A stretch of 64,000 bases of DNA, taken from assembly GCA_022844135.1 (NCBI GenBank), contig JALHMG010000001.1, positions 31,021 through 95,020 of the forward strand. Reading direction: 5' to 3'. Shown in pieces: positions 45,492 through 55,947 of this stretch. This DNA comes from Lysobacterales bacterium (GTDB lineage Bacteria > Pseudomonadota > Gammaproteobacteria > Xanthomonadales > SZUA-5). Both the position numbers and the translations under genes were made by a program. A model generated the notes under the pieces. It had not been told where the DNA came from and searched no databases. It saw nothing but the letters and a program-made list of their open reading frames with translations. Each line of letters begins with the position of its first letter. The first letter of the stretch is position 1.

Positions 45492-46664
45492 ATGATACAC
45501 CGTCGACTCCATCATCGGGTTTTCAAGGCGCTCGCCGAGACGCCGGCAGTGGCCTTGCTGGGGCCACGTCAAGTCGGCAAAACGACTCTGGCACTAAAGA
45601 TCGCCAGCGGCACGCCATCGGTCTACCTCGATTTAGAGTCGGAGCGAGACCGGGCCAAACTCGACCAAGCAGAGCTTTATCTCGCCGATCACGCCGACAA
45701 ATTGGTCGTCATCGACGAAGTGCATCGCGCGCCTGGATTGTTTCCCGTCTTGCGTGGACTGATCGATCACGCGCGCAGGCAACAGCGTGGCAATGGTCGA
45801 TATCTGCTTCTGGGCTCGGCCAACCTTGATCTGCTCAAGCAATCGGGCGAAAGCCTTGCGGGACGAGTCTCCTACCTTGAGCTTGGCCCGTTGGACGTAC
45901 TCGAAATTGGACCCGGACAACGGGACGATTTGTGGGTCCGCGGTGGCTTCCCGGAGAGCTTGCTGGCCTCAAGCGAGCAGTCCAGCTTGCGTTGGCGCAA
46001 CGACTTCATCCGCACTTACCTGGAGCGGGATATCCCTCAGTTCGGCCCTCGCATTGCCGCGCAAACGCTGCGGCGATTTTGGACGATGCTCGCCCATCAC
46101 CAGGGTGGGCTGCTCAACGCAGCGCAATTCGCGCGCAACCTGGGTGTCGATGGGCGAACGGTCTCAGGTTACCTCGATTTGCTCTCGGACCTGCTGTTGG
46201 TGCGGCAGTTGCCGCCCTGGCACGAGAACCTCGGCAAACGACTGGTGAAGTCGTCCAAGGTGTACCTTCGCGATAGCGGCTTGCTTCACGCGCTAGTGGG
46301 AATCTCCGACAAGGACGGGCTTCTCGGCCATCCGCTGGTTGGGGGTAGTTGGGAAGGTTTCGTCATCGACAATCTCTTGGCCATGAGCGCCGGCAAGGCG
46401 CAAGCGCACTTCTATCGGACCTCCGCTGGCGCCGAAGTCGATCTGCTGCTGACATGGCCAGGCAACGAAAGCTGGGCCATCGAAGTGAAGCGCAGCTTGA
46501 ATCCCAAACCCGAGAGGGGCTTTCATCAAGCGTGTGCGGACCTGCAACCAGACCGCCGCTTCGTGGTGTATCCCGGCGACGAGCGATTTCGAGTTGGTGA
46601 AGCCATCGAGGCGATCCCGCTACGTCAGCTTGCCGACGAAGTTCAGACGCGTGCGGCGCGGTGA
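45492..46664 (+). CDS. AAA+ ATPase (AAA_14) with DUF4143 domain
   Basis: GPRQVGKTT, VIDEV, LLGSA, SLAGR, RGGFPE, YLERDI, KVYLRDSGL, EVD, IEVK. Confidence 0.92.
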   Translation: MIHRRLHHRVFKALAETPAVALLGPRQVGKTTLALKIASGTPSVYLDLESERDRAKLDQAELYLADHADKLVVIDEVHRAPGLFPVLRGLIDHARRQQRGNGRYLLLGSANLDLLKQSGESLAGRVSYLELGPLDVLEIGPGQRDDLWVRGGFPESLLASSEQSSLRWRNDFIRTYLERDIPQFGPRIAAQTLRRFWTMLAHHQGGLLNAAQFARNLGVDGRTVSGYLDLLSDLLLVRQLPPWHENLGKRLVKSSKVYLRDSGLLHALVGISDKDGLLGHPLVGGSWEGFVIDNLLAMSAGKAQAHFYRTSAGAEVDLLLTWPGNESWAIEVKRSLNPKPERGFHQACADLQPDRRFVVYPGDERFRVGEAIEAIPLRQLADEVQTRAAR

Positions 46665-46695
46665 GTTGCTGACCATTCAGCGTCAAGCCCCGTGG

Positions 46696-46713
46696 GTCGC
46701 GCCATGGCGCGAC
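46696..46713. other. Perfect 18-bp palindrome between the AAA gene and wzm
   Basis: GTCGCGCCATGGCGCGAC; function unknown. Confidence 0.5.
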
Positions 46714-46788
46714 GCTTTCGCTTTCCCGAACAGTTCGGAACACCAAAGTCGGCGGCTACGCCATCTGTCCACATAAACAAAGATAGCA

Positions 46789-47658
46789 ATGCCTAACCCC
46801 ACACAAAACCTCGGCGTCGAGAGCGAGTTCTTCGGCCATCGCCACGTGACGCAAATCGATAGCCGAATGCGCACGCTGGCGACCGATATGCGCGAGGCGT
46901 GGGCCTATCGAGATCTCTTGGTCATGCTCATCCAGCGCGATGTCACCGTGCGCTACAAGCAAAGTGTGGTTGGCATCGCCTGGGCGGTGATCCAGCCATT
47001 GACGATGATGCTCATCTTCACAGTGGTTTTCGGTGGTTTTGCGAAGCTGCCGTCCGATGGCGTGCCCTATCCGCTGTTCGCGATGGCGGCACTCATGCCC
47101 TGGCTGTATTTCTCGCGTGCGCTCACCGGCAGCGGCGACAGCCTGGTGGGTTCGGCGCATCTGGTCAGCAAAGTCTATTTCCCGCGCATCATTCTGCCGA
47201 TCGGCAAAGCGATTTCCAGTCTGGTCGACTTTGCGATCACGCTCGGTCTCGCGGCCTTGCTGTTGGCGTGGTACGGAATCAATCCGGGCTGGAAAGTGCT
47301 GACCTTGCCGCTGTTCGTGCTGATGGCGATGTTCACGTCGTTGGCCGTTGGTCTTTGGCTCACTGCGCTCAACGTCCGCTATCGCGATGTCGGTCTGGTG
47401 ACGCCTTTCATCATCCAGATCTGGATGTATGTCTCGCCGATCGCGTATTCGACGTCGATCGTTCCCGAAGCCTGGCGCTGGCTGTATGCGCTCAATCCGA
47501 TTGTCGGCGTTGTTGAGGGCTTTCGCTGGGCGCTTTTTGGACGTGAGCTGCCGGCGCTCGAACCCATTCTGATTTCTTACAGCGTCGTGGCGCTGCTGTT
47601 CGTAACTGGCCTTCGCTATTTCCGGCGCGTCGAGCAAACCATGGTCGACGTGGTATGA
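46789..47658 (+). CDS. wzm: ABC polysaccharide exporter permease
   Basis: RDLL..LIQRDVTVRYKQS.VG.AW..IQPL, KVYFPR, LNVRYRDV, LNP.VGVVEGFR. Confidence 0.93.
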   Translation: MPNPTQNLGVESEFFGHRHVTQIDSRMRTLATDMREAWAYRDLLVMLIQRDVTVRYKQSVVGIAWAVIQPLTMMLIFTVVFGGFAKLPSDGVPYPLFAMAALMPWLYFSRALTGSGDSLVGSAHLVSKVYFPRIILPIGKAISSLVDFAITLGLAALLLAWYGINPGWKVLTLPLFVLMAMFTSLAVGLWLTALNVRYRDVGLVTPFIIQIWMYVSPIAYSTSIVPEAWRWLYALNPIVGVVEGFRWALFGRELPALEPILISYSVVALLFVTGLRYFRRVEQTMVDVV

Positions 47659-48923
47659 GCGATCTGGCGATACGCATCGAGAATCTCGGCAAACGCTATG
47701 TGCTTGGCGAGACTCACGAACAGACATTGACCGAGCAGCTGGGGCGCTGGATTAGAGCGCCGTTTCGAGCACGCGCGGCAGCACGCGCCGGGCACAGCGA
47801 ATTCTGGGCGCTGAAGAGCATTTCGCTTGATGTCAAGCAGGGCGAAGCGCTGGGCATCGTCGGCGGCAACGGTGCCGGTAAATCGACGCTGTTGAAGATC
47901 CTGTCGCGGATCACTCCGCCAACGACCGGGCGTGCGCATGTGCGCGGGCGGCTATCGAGTCTGCTCGAGGTCGGCACCGGCTTTCATCCGGAACTGACCG
48001 GTCGCGAAAACGTGTTTCTCAACGGCACGATCCTGGGCATGCGCAAGAGCGAAGTGGCCCGCAAGTTCGACGAAATCGTGGCGTTTTCGGGCGTCGAGAA
48101 GTTTATAGACACGCCGGTCAAACGTTACTCATCTGGCATGTACGTGCGCCTCGCGTTTGCGGTCGCCGCACATCTTGAGCCAGATGTGCTGATCATCGAC
48201 GAAGTGTTGGCGGTCGGCGATGCGGAATTCCAGAAGCGGTGCCTGGGAAAGATGAGCGATGTCGCGCAGCAAGGACGTACGGTGCTGTTCGTCAGCCATA
48301 ACATGGCGGCAGTGCAGAAACTCTGCTCGCGCGCGGTGTGGCTCGCGCAGGGACAGGTGCAGCAGGCGGGCAATCCAGCCGACATCATTGGCGCGTACAT
48401 CGCCTCGACGTCGCGCTCGTCGGGATCCGGCCCAGCCATGCCGGGTTTTTCGTACTGGCAATCGCCTTGCCCTTCGCGCACCGAGGTTACGGCGGTGCGC
48501 TTTTTCAGTCCAGACAGTGGCGAGGCGATCGAAGAGGCCGCCACCGGTCAATCGTTGGCTGTCGAAATAGAGTTCAATACGGCGCAAGCGTTTCGAAGTT
48601 TTTCGGTAGTCCTGCAGATCGCGACCCTGGACGGTACACCTTTGATTCTCACCTCCACCACACCAGATCGCGATCTGGCGTTCGGTACGTCCGCCGGACG
48701 GCATCGGATTCGTTGCATTTTCGATGCTTTGCCGCTCGCGGCGGGCGAATACGTGTTTGGCGCCGGTTTGGCAATTCCCAATGTCGAGTACGTCTGGCGC
48801 GATGACTCGCTGTGTCGGCTGCACGTGGCCCCGCGCGATGTTTACGGCTCGGGTCTGGCGCCGACGGCCGCGCGCTATTTGCTGGCCACGCAGCATGTCT
48901 GGCAGGCGCCTGAGTCGCTATGA
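47655..48923 (+). CDS. wzt: ABC polysaccharide exporter ATPase with C-terminal carbohydrate-binding domain
   Basis: GGNGAGKST, YSSGMYVRLAFAVA, IIDEVLAVGD; ~150-aa Wzt_C extension. Confidence 0.95.
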   Translation: MSDLAIRIENLGKRYVLGETHEQTLTEQLGRWIRAPFRARAAARAGHSEFWALKSISLDVKQGEALGIVGGNGAGKSTLLKILSRITPPTTGRAHVRGRLSSLLEVGTGFHPELTGRENVFLNGTILGMRKSEVARKFDEIVAFSGVEKFIDTPVKRYSSGMYVRLAFAVAAHLEPDVLIIDEVLAVGDAEFQKRCLGKMSDVAQQGRTVLFVSHNMAAVQKLCSRAVWLAQGQVQQAGNPADIIGAYIASTSRSSGSGPAMPGFSYWQSPCPSRTEVTAVRFFSPDSGEAIEEAATGQSLAVEIEFNTAQAFRSFSVVLQIATLDGTPLILTSTTPDRDLAFGTSAGRHRIRCIFDALPLAAGEYVFGAGLAIPNVEYVWRDDSLCRLHVAPRDVYGSGLAPTAARYLLATQHVWQAPESL

Positions 48924-49813
48924 GCTGTCGCCATTGCGGGAGCGGTCAACTCGAACGGCTCGGCATTTGCGCATTCGGCGAGCGCGACTCGACCTTGCTG
49001 CGCTGTCGCCAGTGCGATCTCACGCAGCGTCAGCCGATCCCCGACGAGACGGCGCTGGCAGCGATGTATGCCGACACATCGCCCGATGCGATGGATTACG
49101 CGATCGCCGAACATCCCGCGTGGTCTGACGCGCGTTCATTGCTCGGCGCACGTGCTGTGGGCGCAGCGCTACGCGTGCTCGACATCGGCTGCCACACAGG
49201 CGCGTTCCTGGCGGCATTGCCGGGCCACTGGCGACGCTTCGGGATCGAAAGCGCGACGGCTGCTTGCGCCGTCGCGCGTTCGCGGCAGGTCGAGATCATT
49301 GCTCCGCGCCTGCAGTCGGTCGACGCGGACTGGTGCGGGCAATTCGATGCGGTCACGGCCTTCGACGTGCTTGAACATCTGCCGGATCCAGCTTTGGCGC
49401 TGCGTTCGGCAGCGCGCTTGTTGAAGCCCGGCGGCGTGATGATCGTCAGCACCGGCGACATCGATCGCTGGACGTTTCGAGCCCTGCGCGGCGCGCATTG
49501 GTATTGGCAAACCGAGCAACACATCAGCGCCGTGTCGCGGCGCTTCCTTGCGCTCGCCGGTCGCGACAGCGGCCTGGTACTCTCGCAATTTCGAACCATC
49601 GCACATCGTCGCGCGCCGCTGGGCCTGCGCCTGCATGAGGCGATGCAAGTCTGCTATTGGTATTGCCGACTGCGCCGCGGTGTCTGGCGCGCGCCGCAAC
49701 GCCTGTTACAGGCGCTGCCGACGTTACGCCACTTGCGCCATGCGCAACTGCCGGCCTGGACCATGACGCTCAAAGACCATTGCCTCGCCGTGCTTGAGCC
49801 TGTGTCCAGATGA
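48920..49813 (+). CDS. Class I SAM-dependent methyltransferase (N-terminal Cys pairs)
   Basis: CRHC…CRQC, VLDIGC.TG.F, FDAVTAFDVLEH.PDP. Confidence 0.88.
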   Translation: MSCRHCGSGQLERLGICAFGERDSTLLRCRQCDLTQRQPIPDETALAAMYADTSPDAMDYAIAEHPAWSDARSLLGARAVGAALRVLDIGCHTGAFLAALPGHWRRFGIESATAACAVARSRQVEIIAPRLQSVDADWCGQFDAVTAFDVLEHLPDPALALRSAARLLKPGGVMIVSTGDIDRWTFRALRGAHWYWQTEQHISAVSRRFLALAGRDSGLVLSQFRTIAHRRAPLGLRLHEAMQVCYWYCRLRRGVWRAPQRLLQALPTLRHLRHAQLPAWTMTLKDHCLAVLEPVSR

Positions 49814-50571
49814 GAGAACTGCTGCGTTCGATGCTACAAGCCGTTGGCCTGGACATCCGGCTCACTCGCAAGCTGCATGCCGCGGCGATCGCGGTACGCA
49901 AGGATCAGGAGTTTCAGGCGTGGACGCTATTGCAACACCGCCCGATCGCCAGCGTACTCGACATCGGTGCAAACGAGGGGCAATTTGCCGCGATCGCAAG
50001 GCGCCTTTGGCCGCAGGCACAAATCCATTCGTTCGAGCCTCTGCCAGGAGTTTACGATCGATTACTGCAAACGCTGCACGGTCTGGGCGATGCGCATGCT
50101 CATAAACTGGCCATCAGCGATCGCGCGGGACAGACGGCGATGCACGCGAGTGCTTTTTCTCCCAGTTCTTCGCTGTTGCCGATGGCCGAACTGCACCGCA
50201 GGGAATGGCCGGAGTCGGCACCGCACTCCACTGTCGAGGTGACGCTGGCGCGCCTCGATGACTGGACGGCAGCGCATCGGATCGCGATAGGGCCGCAGCT
50301 CATCAAGATCGATGTGCAAGGCCATGAGAAAGCGGTGATCGATGGCGGCCGGCAAACCCTTCGTTGCGCCGATGTCGTGGTACTGGAAGTGTCGTTTTAC
50401 GAGTTCTACGAGCGGCAACCGTTGTTTGCCGAGATCTTCGATGCGATGCGCGAGCTTGGCTTCGCGTATCGCGGGAACATCGAACAATTCCGCAGCAGGG
50501 ATGGTCGGCGGGTCTTATATGCAGATGCAGTGTTTGAGAATCTGGAGCGAGTGAGTACCGATGAGCCATAA
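49810..50571 (+). CDS. FkbM-family methyltransferase
   Basis: [27 protein letters not shown]. Confidence 0.9.
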   Translation: MRELLRSMLQAVGLDIRLTRKLHAAAIAVRKDQEFQAWTLLQHRPIASVLDIGANEGQFAAIARRLWPQAQIHSFEPLPGVYDRLLQTLHGLGDAHAHKLAISDRAGQTAMHASAFSPSSSLLPMAELHRREWPESAPHSTVEVTLARLDDWTAAHRIAIGPQLIKIDVQGHEKAVIDGGRQTLRCADVVVLEVSFYEFYERQPLFAEIFDAMRELGFAYRGNIEQFRSRDGRRVLYADAVFENLERVSTDEP

Positions 50572-51625
50572 GCGACTGCTGGTGACGGGTTCCGCAGGAC
50601 TGATCGGTTCGGAGGCCGTGCATCACTTCTCCAGGCTCGGCTGGCAGGCGATCGGCATCGACAACAACATGCGCGCGGATTTCTTCGGCGCCGATGGCGA
50701 TACGCGCTGGAATTTAGAGCGCCTGCAGCGACGTTGGCCCGCTTACCGTCATTTCGATCTCGATATCCGCCAGCGCGACAGCGTGCTCGGTTTTATGGCT
50801 AACCATCCGGTCGATTTGATCGTGCACGCCGCAGCGCAACCGTCGCACGATCTCGCCGCGAAACGGCCGTTCGATGACTTCGACGTTAATGCGGCTGGTA
50901 CCTTGAACTTCCTGGAGGCCACGCGCCGTTCGTGCCCTGAAGCCACGTTTTGCTATCTCAGCACCAACAAAGTTTATGGCGATGCGCCCAACGAATTGCC
51001 GTTGGTGGAACTGGCGTCGCGCTGGGACTACGCGCGCGCCGAAGATCGCTTCGGTATCAGCGAGTCGATGCGCATCGATCAGTCCAAACACAGCCTGTTT
51101 GGTGCCAGCAAACTGGCGGCCGATGTGATGGTGCAGGAGTACGGGCGCTACTTCGGCATGAAAACGGTATGCCTTCGCGGTGGATGCCTCACGGGTTCGG
51201 CGCACAGCGGCGCCGAGCTGCATGGATTCCTGGCTTATCTGGCGCGCTGCGTGGTCGAGGGTCGACCTTATCGCGTGTTCGGATACCTCGGCAAACAAGT
51301 GCGCGACAATATCGATGCCAGCGATGTCTGCAGTTTCATCGAAGCTTTTCACGCCGCGCCACGCGTGGCCGAGGTGTACAACATCGGTGGCGGGCGCGGT
51401 AACAGCATTTCGATGCTCGAAGCGATAGCGCGGATCGAGTCCATCGCCGAACGCAAGCTGGATTGGACCTATGTCGACGAGGCGCGCTCAGGCGATCACA
51501 TTTGCTACATCTCCGATTTGCGCAAGATCCAGGCGCATTATCCCAACTGGGGCGTGACGGTCGATCTGGATCAGATCTTGACCAGCATCGTGCGCATGTT
51601 GGTCGAAGAGCGCCGTGCTCGCTGA
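50561..51625 (+). CDS. NAD-dependent epimerase/dehydratase (CDP-paratose 2-epimerase-like)
   Basis: [36 protein letters not shown]. Confidence 0.88.
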   Translation: MSHKRLLVTGSAGLIGSEAVHHFSRLGWQAIGIDNNMRADFFGADGDTRWNLERLQRRWPAYRHFDLDIRQRDSVLGFMANHPVDLIVHAAAQPSHDLAAKRPFDDFDVNAAGTLNFLEATRRSCPEATFCYLSTNKVYGDAPNELPLVELASRWDYARAEDRFGISESMRIDQSKHSLFGASKLAADVMVQEYGRYFGMKTVCLRGGCLTGSAHSGAELHGFLAYLARCVVEGRPYRVFGYLGKQVRDNIDASDVCSFIEAFHAAPRVAEVYNIGGGRGNSISMLEAIARIESIAERKLDWTYVDEARSGDHICYISDLRKIQAHYPNWGVTVDLDQILTSIVRMLVEERRAR

Positions 51626-52844
51626 AGGCCCGTCGGTAGTGGCCTCGGCCGGCAGGGAGGCTCAGATGCCCCAGACCCTGCTGGTGACTTGCACCGCGCC
51701 TGGCCAAAACGGTGTCGGCGCCATCATCCTCGACGATCTGATCAGGCTATTTCCGGCCGATCGCTTGACCGTAGCTGTGGTCGACACGGATCCGACAACC
51801 TCATCCGACGTACGCCACGGCATTCGCGTCGAGCGTTTCGGGCGCCGTTATCGATTATCCGGCGGTGCCCGGTTCGGCCGGATGGGTCGGGTTGCGGCGA
51901 TGCCGGTGGTGGCGCATTTGCAAGCGGCCGCTACGCGCGCGAATGCGGCCAGCGTACGCGCGTTGATGGCGCAAAATCGCTTCGAGCGGATCTGGTTGGT
52001 TCTGAGCAGCCCATGGGTCATCGATCTTGCCGCCGAACTTATCGATGAAGGCGTCCCGCTTGTCGCACTGGTGTGGGACGACGTGGAGCACAACCTCGGA
52101 TACTTCGGCGCCGATGCCGGCACCCGGCGGCGCTTAAGGGCGAGATTCGATCAGGTGTTGAGGCGTGCGCATCGCGTGGCTGTCATAGGCGAGACGATGC
52201 GCGAGGAGTACCGTTCGCGTTATGCGCGCGATAGCGTCATTGTTCGCCACGGGTTGGCGCCGGCGTCGCCGCCGCAACAAAACGAAAGCGAAGGGCGTGT
52301 GCGGATCGGTTTTGCCGGCAGCGTAACAGCTCGCTCAGCCTTCGATCTGTTGCTGTCTACGCTCGACGATATGAACTGGCGAGTGGGCGATCGCGACATC
52401 GAGTTGTGTGTGATGGGCGGCCGGTTCGATATTTGGTCGCGCGTGCCGCGACGGATACTCTGCCTGGGCTGGCGGGATGTGGCCGACACTGTGGCCGAGC
52501 TTGCGCAGTGTACGTTCAATTACTTGCCGCAGCCCTTCGAAAGCGACTGGATGAATTTCGCATCGCTGTCGTTTCCGTCCAAGACCACTACTTATCTGGC
52601 GGCCGGCGCGCCGCTGCTGATCCACGCGCCGGCGCATGCATCTCTGCCGCGGTTTGTTGCCGATCATCCGATCGCGCACATCGTTGGCGACCTGGAAACT
52701 GCTTCTGTGCGCAGCGCGATCGAATCCCTGTCTACCGATGCCAAGTTACGCAAGCGTCTGTCCGAAGCCGGCCGGGTCGCGCTTGCAGACGTATTCTCTC
52801 CTGCCACCTTTCGGCGATCGTTTCTCGAGTTCCTAGACGCCTGA
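51615..52844 (+). CDS. Glycosyltransferase (GT4-like)
   Basis: GT-B pattern; IGFAGSV, PSK.TTYLAAG.P. Start uncertain. Confidence 0.7.
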   Translation: MLAEGPSVVASAGREAQMPQTLLVTCTAPGQNGVGAIILDDLIRLFPADRLTVAVVDTDPTTSSDVRHGIRVERFGRRYRLSGGARFGRMGRVAAMPVVAHLQAAATRANAASVRALMAQNRFERIWLVLSSPWVIDLAAELIDEGVPLVALVWDDVEHNLGYFGADAGTRRRLRARFDQVLRRAHRVAVIGETMREEYRSRYARDSVIVRHGLAPASPPQQNESEGRVRIGFAGSVTARSAFDLLLSTLDDMNWRVGDRDIELCVMGGRFDIWSRVPRRILCLGWRDVADTVAELAQCTFNYLPQPFESDWMNFASLSFPSKTTTYLAAGAPLLIHAPAHASLPRFVADHPIAHIVGDLETASVRSAIESLSTDAKLRKRLSEAGRVALADVFSPATFRRSFLEFLDA

Positions 52845-54697
52845 TGTGCGGCATCTCCGGGCAGCTCTGGTTTGGCGGCCGCATGGCCGACACGGCGCTT
52901 GCTGCCGCGATGAACGCGCGCCTAGCGCATCGCGGCCCGGACGGTGGCGCGCTGCACATCGCCGGTCCCGTGGCCCTCGGCCATCGCCGGCTGGCGATTA
53001 TCGATCCTAAATCCGGGCAACAACCGCTGTACAACGAAGATCGCACGATCGTCGCCATCGTCAACGGCGAGATCTACAACTTCCAGGAACTGCGTCGGCA
53101 GCTGATTGAGCTCGGGCATCGCTTCCAGACTGCTGGCGACTGCGAAACGATCGTCCACGGTTATGAGCAGTGGGGGCCATCCGTGGTCGAGCGCTTGCGC
53201 GGCATGTTTGCCTTCGCGCTGTGGGACAATCGAGCGGGGCGGCTGCTGCTGGCGCGCGACCGCTTCGGCATCAAACCGCTCTGTTACACGCTGAACGATC
53301 AGCGCCTGCTATTTGCCTCCGAGCTGCAGGCGCTGACCGCTGCGCCGGATTTCGACAAGCACATCGATCTTGATGCGCTCGATGCCTATCTCCATCTGCA
53401 GTACATTCCCGCGCCCAAAACGATTTACGCGAACGCACGCAAAATCGAGCCCGGGCATTTGATGGAGGCCGACGCCTCAGGGCGCATCTCCACGCCGCGG
53501 CGCTGGTGGTCGCTGCGCTGGCAGCCCGATCGGCATCGTTCGGAAGCGGAGTGGGCCGAGGCGGTCGACGCCGCACTTCGCGACGCCGTAGGCTCGCACC
53601 TGGTCGCAGATGTGCCGTTCGGCGCATTCCTGTCTGGCGGCGTCGATTCGAGCGCGGTCGTCGCGTACGCGGCGCAGGCGCTGCCTGAGCCGCTGACGAC
53701 GTTCACCATCGGCTTCGACTTGCCGGCCCTGGATGAGCGCGCCGAGGCGCGTCGCTTCGCCGACAGGCTGCGCACCCGCCATCGCGAGCAACTTGTCGGC
53801 ATCGATGCGTTGTCGCTGCTGCCGTCGATCGCGCGGCATTACGGCGAGCCGTTCGCCGACAGCTCTGCGGTCTGCACCTGGCGTGTGTGCGCACAGGCCC
53901 GCCGCGAAGTGCCGATGGTGTTGTCGGGCGATGGCGGCGATGAAGTATTTGCCGGCTACGGTTATTTCCCGAAGCTGGTCGAAACCTATCCGCAACGATC
54001 CGGCTGGCAGCAATTTCGACAAAAGGTTGGCAATCTGCTGCGCGCCGTTGGCGCCATTGAAGCTGCACCGTCCTTAATCGATGCGTGGTACGGGCGTTCA
54101 CCGTTTTTTGGCGAGGCGGAACGGCGTCGATTATGGCGGCCTGAACATCAAGAACGAACGGAGGCGACCTGCATCTGGAATGCACAGCAGTTCGCTTCGA
54201 GCATCGGACTGCACACGCTGTCGCGCACGCAGGACGTCGATATCAAGACCTATCTGCCGAACAACAACCTGGCGAAAGTCGATATCGCCAGCATGGCAAA
54301 CGGTCTTGAGGTTCGAGTGCCGCTACTGGACCACTTGCTGGTGGAAACCATTGCATCGATGCCAGTCGACCAACGTCTGCGCCGCACTGCGAGCGGCTGG
54401 TGCACCAAATTCGCGCTGAAATCGGCGGCCAGCCGCTTTTATCCGTGGGAATGGCTCAACACGCCCAAACGCGGTTTCTCCGTGCCTGTGGGGCAATGGA
54501 TGAACCAGATGGGCGGCGAGCTGCGCGCGCGCCTGACCGACAGGCAGGGCCCGGTGTATCAGTATTTCGATCCCGGTGCAGTAACGCGTTTGCTGGATGA
54601 GCATGCGGCTGGTCTGGACCACGGGCATCGCTTGTGGAGCCTGCTGGTGCTCGATGAATGGCATCAGCAGTTTTCGATGCCTGGAAATGGCCTGTGA
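52844..54697 (+). CDS. asnB: Asparagine synthase (glutamine-hydrolysing)-like amidotransferase 1
   Basis: MCGI, HRGPD, HRRLAIID, NGEIYNF, FLSGGVDSS, SGDGGDE, EVRVPLLDH. ATG overlaps the upstream TGA. Confidence 0.93.
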   Translation: MCGISGQLWFGGRMADTALAAAMNARLAHRGPDGGALHIAGPVALGHRRLAIIDPKSGQQPLYNEDRTIVAIVNGEIYNFQELRRQLIELGHRFQTAGDCETIVHGYEQWGPSVVERLRGMFAFALWDNRAGRLLLARDRFGIKPLCYTLNDQRLLFASELQALTAAPDFDKHIDLDALDAYLHLQYIPAPKTIYANARKIEPGHLMEADASGRISTPRRWWSLRWQPDRHRSEAEWAEAVDAALRDAVGSHLVADVPFGAFLSGGVDSSAVVAYAAQALPEPLTTFTIGFDLPALDERAEARRFADRLRTRHREQLVGIDALSLLPSIARHYGEPFADSSAVCTWRVCAQARREVPMVLSGDGGDEVFAGYGYFPKLVETYPQRSGWQQFRQKVGNLLRAVGAIEAAPSLIDAWYGRSPFFGEAERRRLWRPEHQERTEATCIWNAQQFASSIGLHTLSRTQDVDIKTYLPNNNLAKVDIASMANGLEVRVPLLDHLLVETIASMPVDQRLRRTASGWCTKFALKSAASRFYPWEWLNTPKRGFSVPVGQWMNQMGGELRARLTDRQGPVYQYFDPGAVTRLLDEHAAGLDHGHRLWSLLVLDEWHQQFSMPGNGL

Positions 54698-55947
54698 AGA
54701 TCGCCCATGTCCACGCCGCCGATCTCGGCGGCGGCGCCGAACGCAGTGTGATTTCGCTGCATCGGGCGCTGCTTGCGGCTGGCCACGAGTCCAGGGTTTT
54801 TGTTGGCGAACGGCGCACCGACGAGCCTGGCGTTTTCGAGATTCCGTATGTCCGCGGGGTTCCGGGTGCGCGGCGACTGGCGCGCGCCATTGAGCATCGT
54901 CTGGGCTGGCAAGATATCTATAACCCGAGCTTTCGGGCGCTGTCCGAGCACCTTGCCGATGTCGATGTGGTGCACTTCCACTCGCTGTGGGGATCTCAGG
55001 GTTACGCCGATCTCGCAGCGCTGCCGAGGATCACGGCACGTGCTCCTGGCGTGCTGACCTTGCGCGATGAGTGGATGCTCACAGGCCATTGCGCCTGCTC
55101 GTTTCACTGCCAACGGTGGCGCAGCGGTTGCGGGGCGTGCCCAGATCTTGCCATTCCGCCGGCAGTGACGACCGACGGCACCGCCTTCAATTGGCGGCGA
55201 AAAAAGCGCTACGTTGGGCGTTCGCGTCTGCACATCGTGGCGATCTCCGAACATCTGAAAAGTCTGGCGGAGGCAAGCCCGATCCTCTCGCAGCATCCGG
55301 TCAGCCGCATCTACAACGGCATCGATCTGACCTGTTTCTTGCCCCTCGATGCGCAGCAGCGCAGCGCAGCGCGCCTGGACCTTGGATTCGGCGACGACGA
55401 GTATGTGGTGATCATCGCCGGACAGACCGTCGAGGGCATTCGTCAGAACATCGCCAGCCACCACGCAATTTCGGCGCTCAATGGCCTGTCGCCGCGCCTT
55501 CCAGCGCTGCGCGTGCTTGCGATCGGTCATTCTGCCGAGCGCGTCGCCGCAGCGATCGACGCCCCCGTTCGATGTCTGCCATTCCAAACCGCGCCGATGG
55601 CGATGGCGCGATTGTTTGCGCTTGCCGATGTGTGTTTGGTGACCAGCGAAACCGAAGCTTTCGGTCGCATTGGTGCTGAGGCGCAAGCGTGCGGCACGCC
55701 GGTGGTGGCGTTGGCAGTGGGCGGTATTCCAGAGGTTGTGGTCGATGGCGTCGGCGGCATCGTTGTTCCGCCGTCCAGTCCGAACGGCTTGACCGACGCG
55801 CTGCACAAGCTGGCCGATCGCAGGATTCGGGGCGATTTCGCCGCCAGCGGCCTGGCGCACGTCCGGCGCCATTTCGACCAGCGCAGGGTTGCCGACGCTT
55901 ATCTTGGTCTCTACCAGCAAGTTGCCGGGCGTGGATCGCAGCATTGA
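54694..55947 (+). CDS. Glycosyltransferase family 4 (WcaC-like)
   Basis: GGGAERS, TLRDEWMLTGHC, EAFG….EAQACGTPVV…GGIPEVV. Confidence 0.88.
   Translation: MKIAHVHAADLGGGAERSVISLHRALLAAGHESRVFVGERRTDEPGVFEIPYVRGVPGARRLARAIEHRLGWQDIYNPSFRALSEHLADVDVVHFHSLWGSQGYADLAALPRITARAPGVLTLRDEWMLTGHCACSFHCQRWRSGCGACPDLAIPPAVTTDGTAFNWRRKKRYVGRSRLHIVAISEHLKSLAEASPILSQHPVSRIYNGIDLTCFLPLDAQQRSAARLDLGFGDDEYVVIIAGQTVEGIRQNIASHHAISALNGLSPRLPALRVLAIGHSAERVAAAIDAPVRCLPFQTAPMAMARLFALADVCLVTSETEAFGRIGAEAQACGTPVVALAVGGIPEVVVDGVGGIVVPPSSPNGLTDALHKLADRRIRGDFAASGLAHVRRHFDQRRVADAYLGLYQQVAGRGSQH

Noticed and set aside
52406-52843. N-terminal extensions of both asnB ORFs (from 52406 and 61146) and of the AraC ORF (from 15080)
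   Set aside because: AsnB needs an N-terminal Met-Cys, found at 52844 and 61614 with stop/start coupling. The AraC extension overlaps the divergent AhpD gene.
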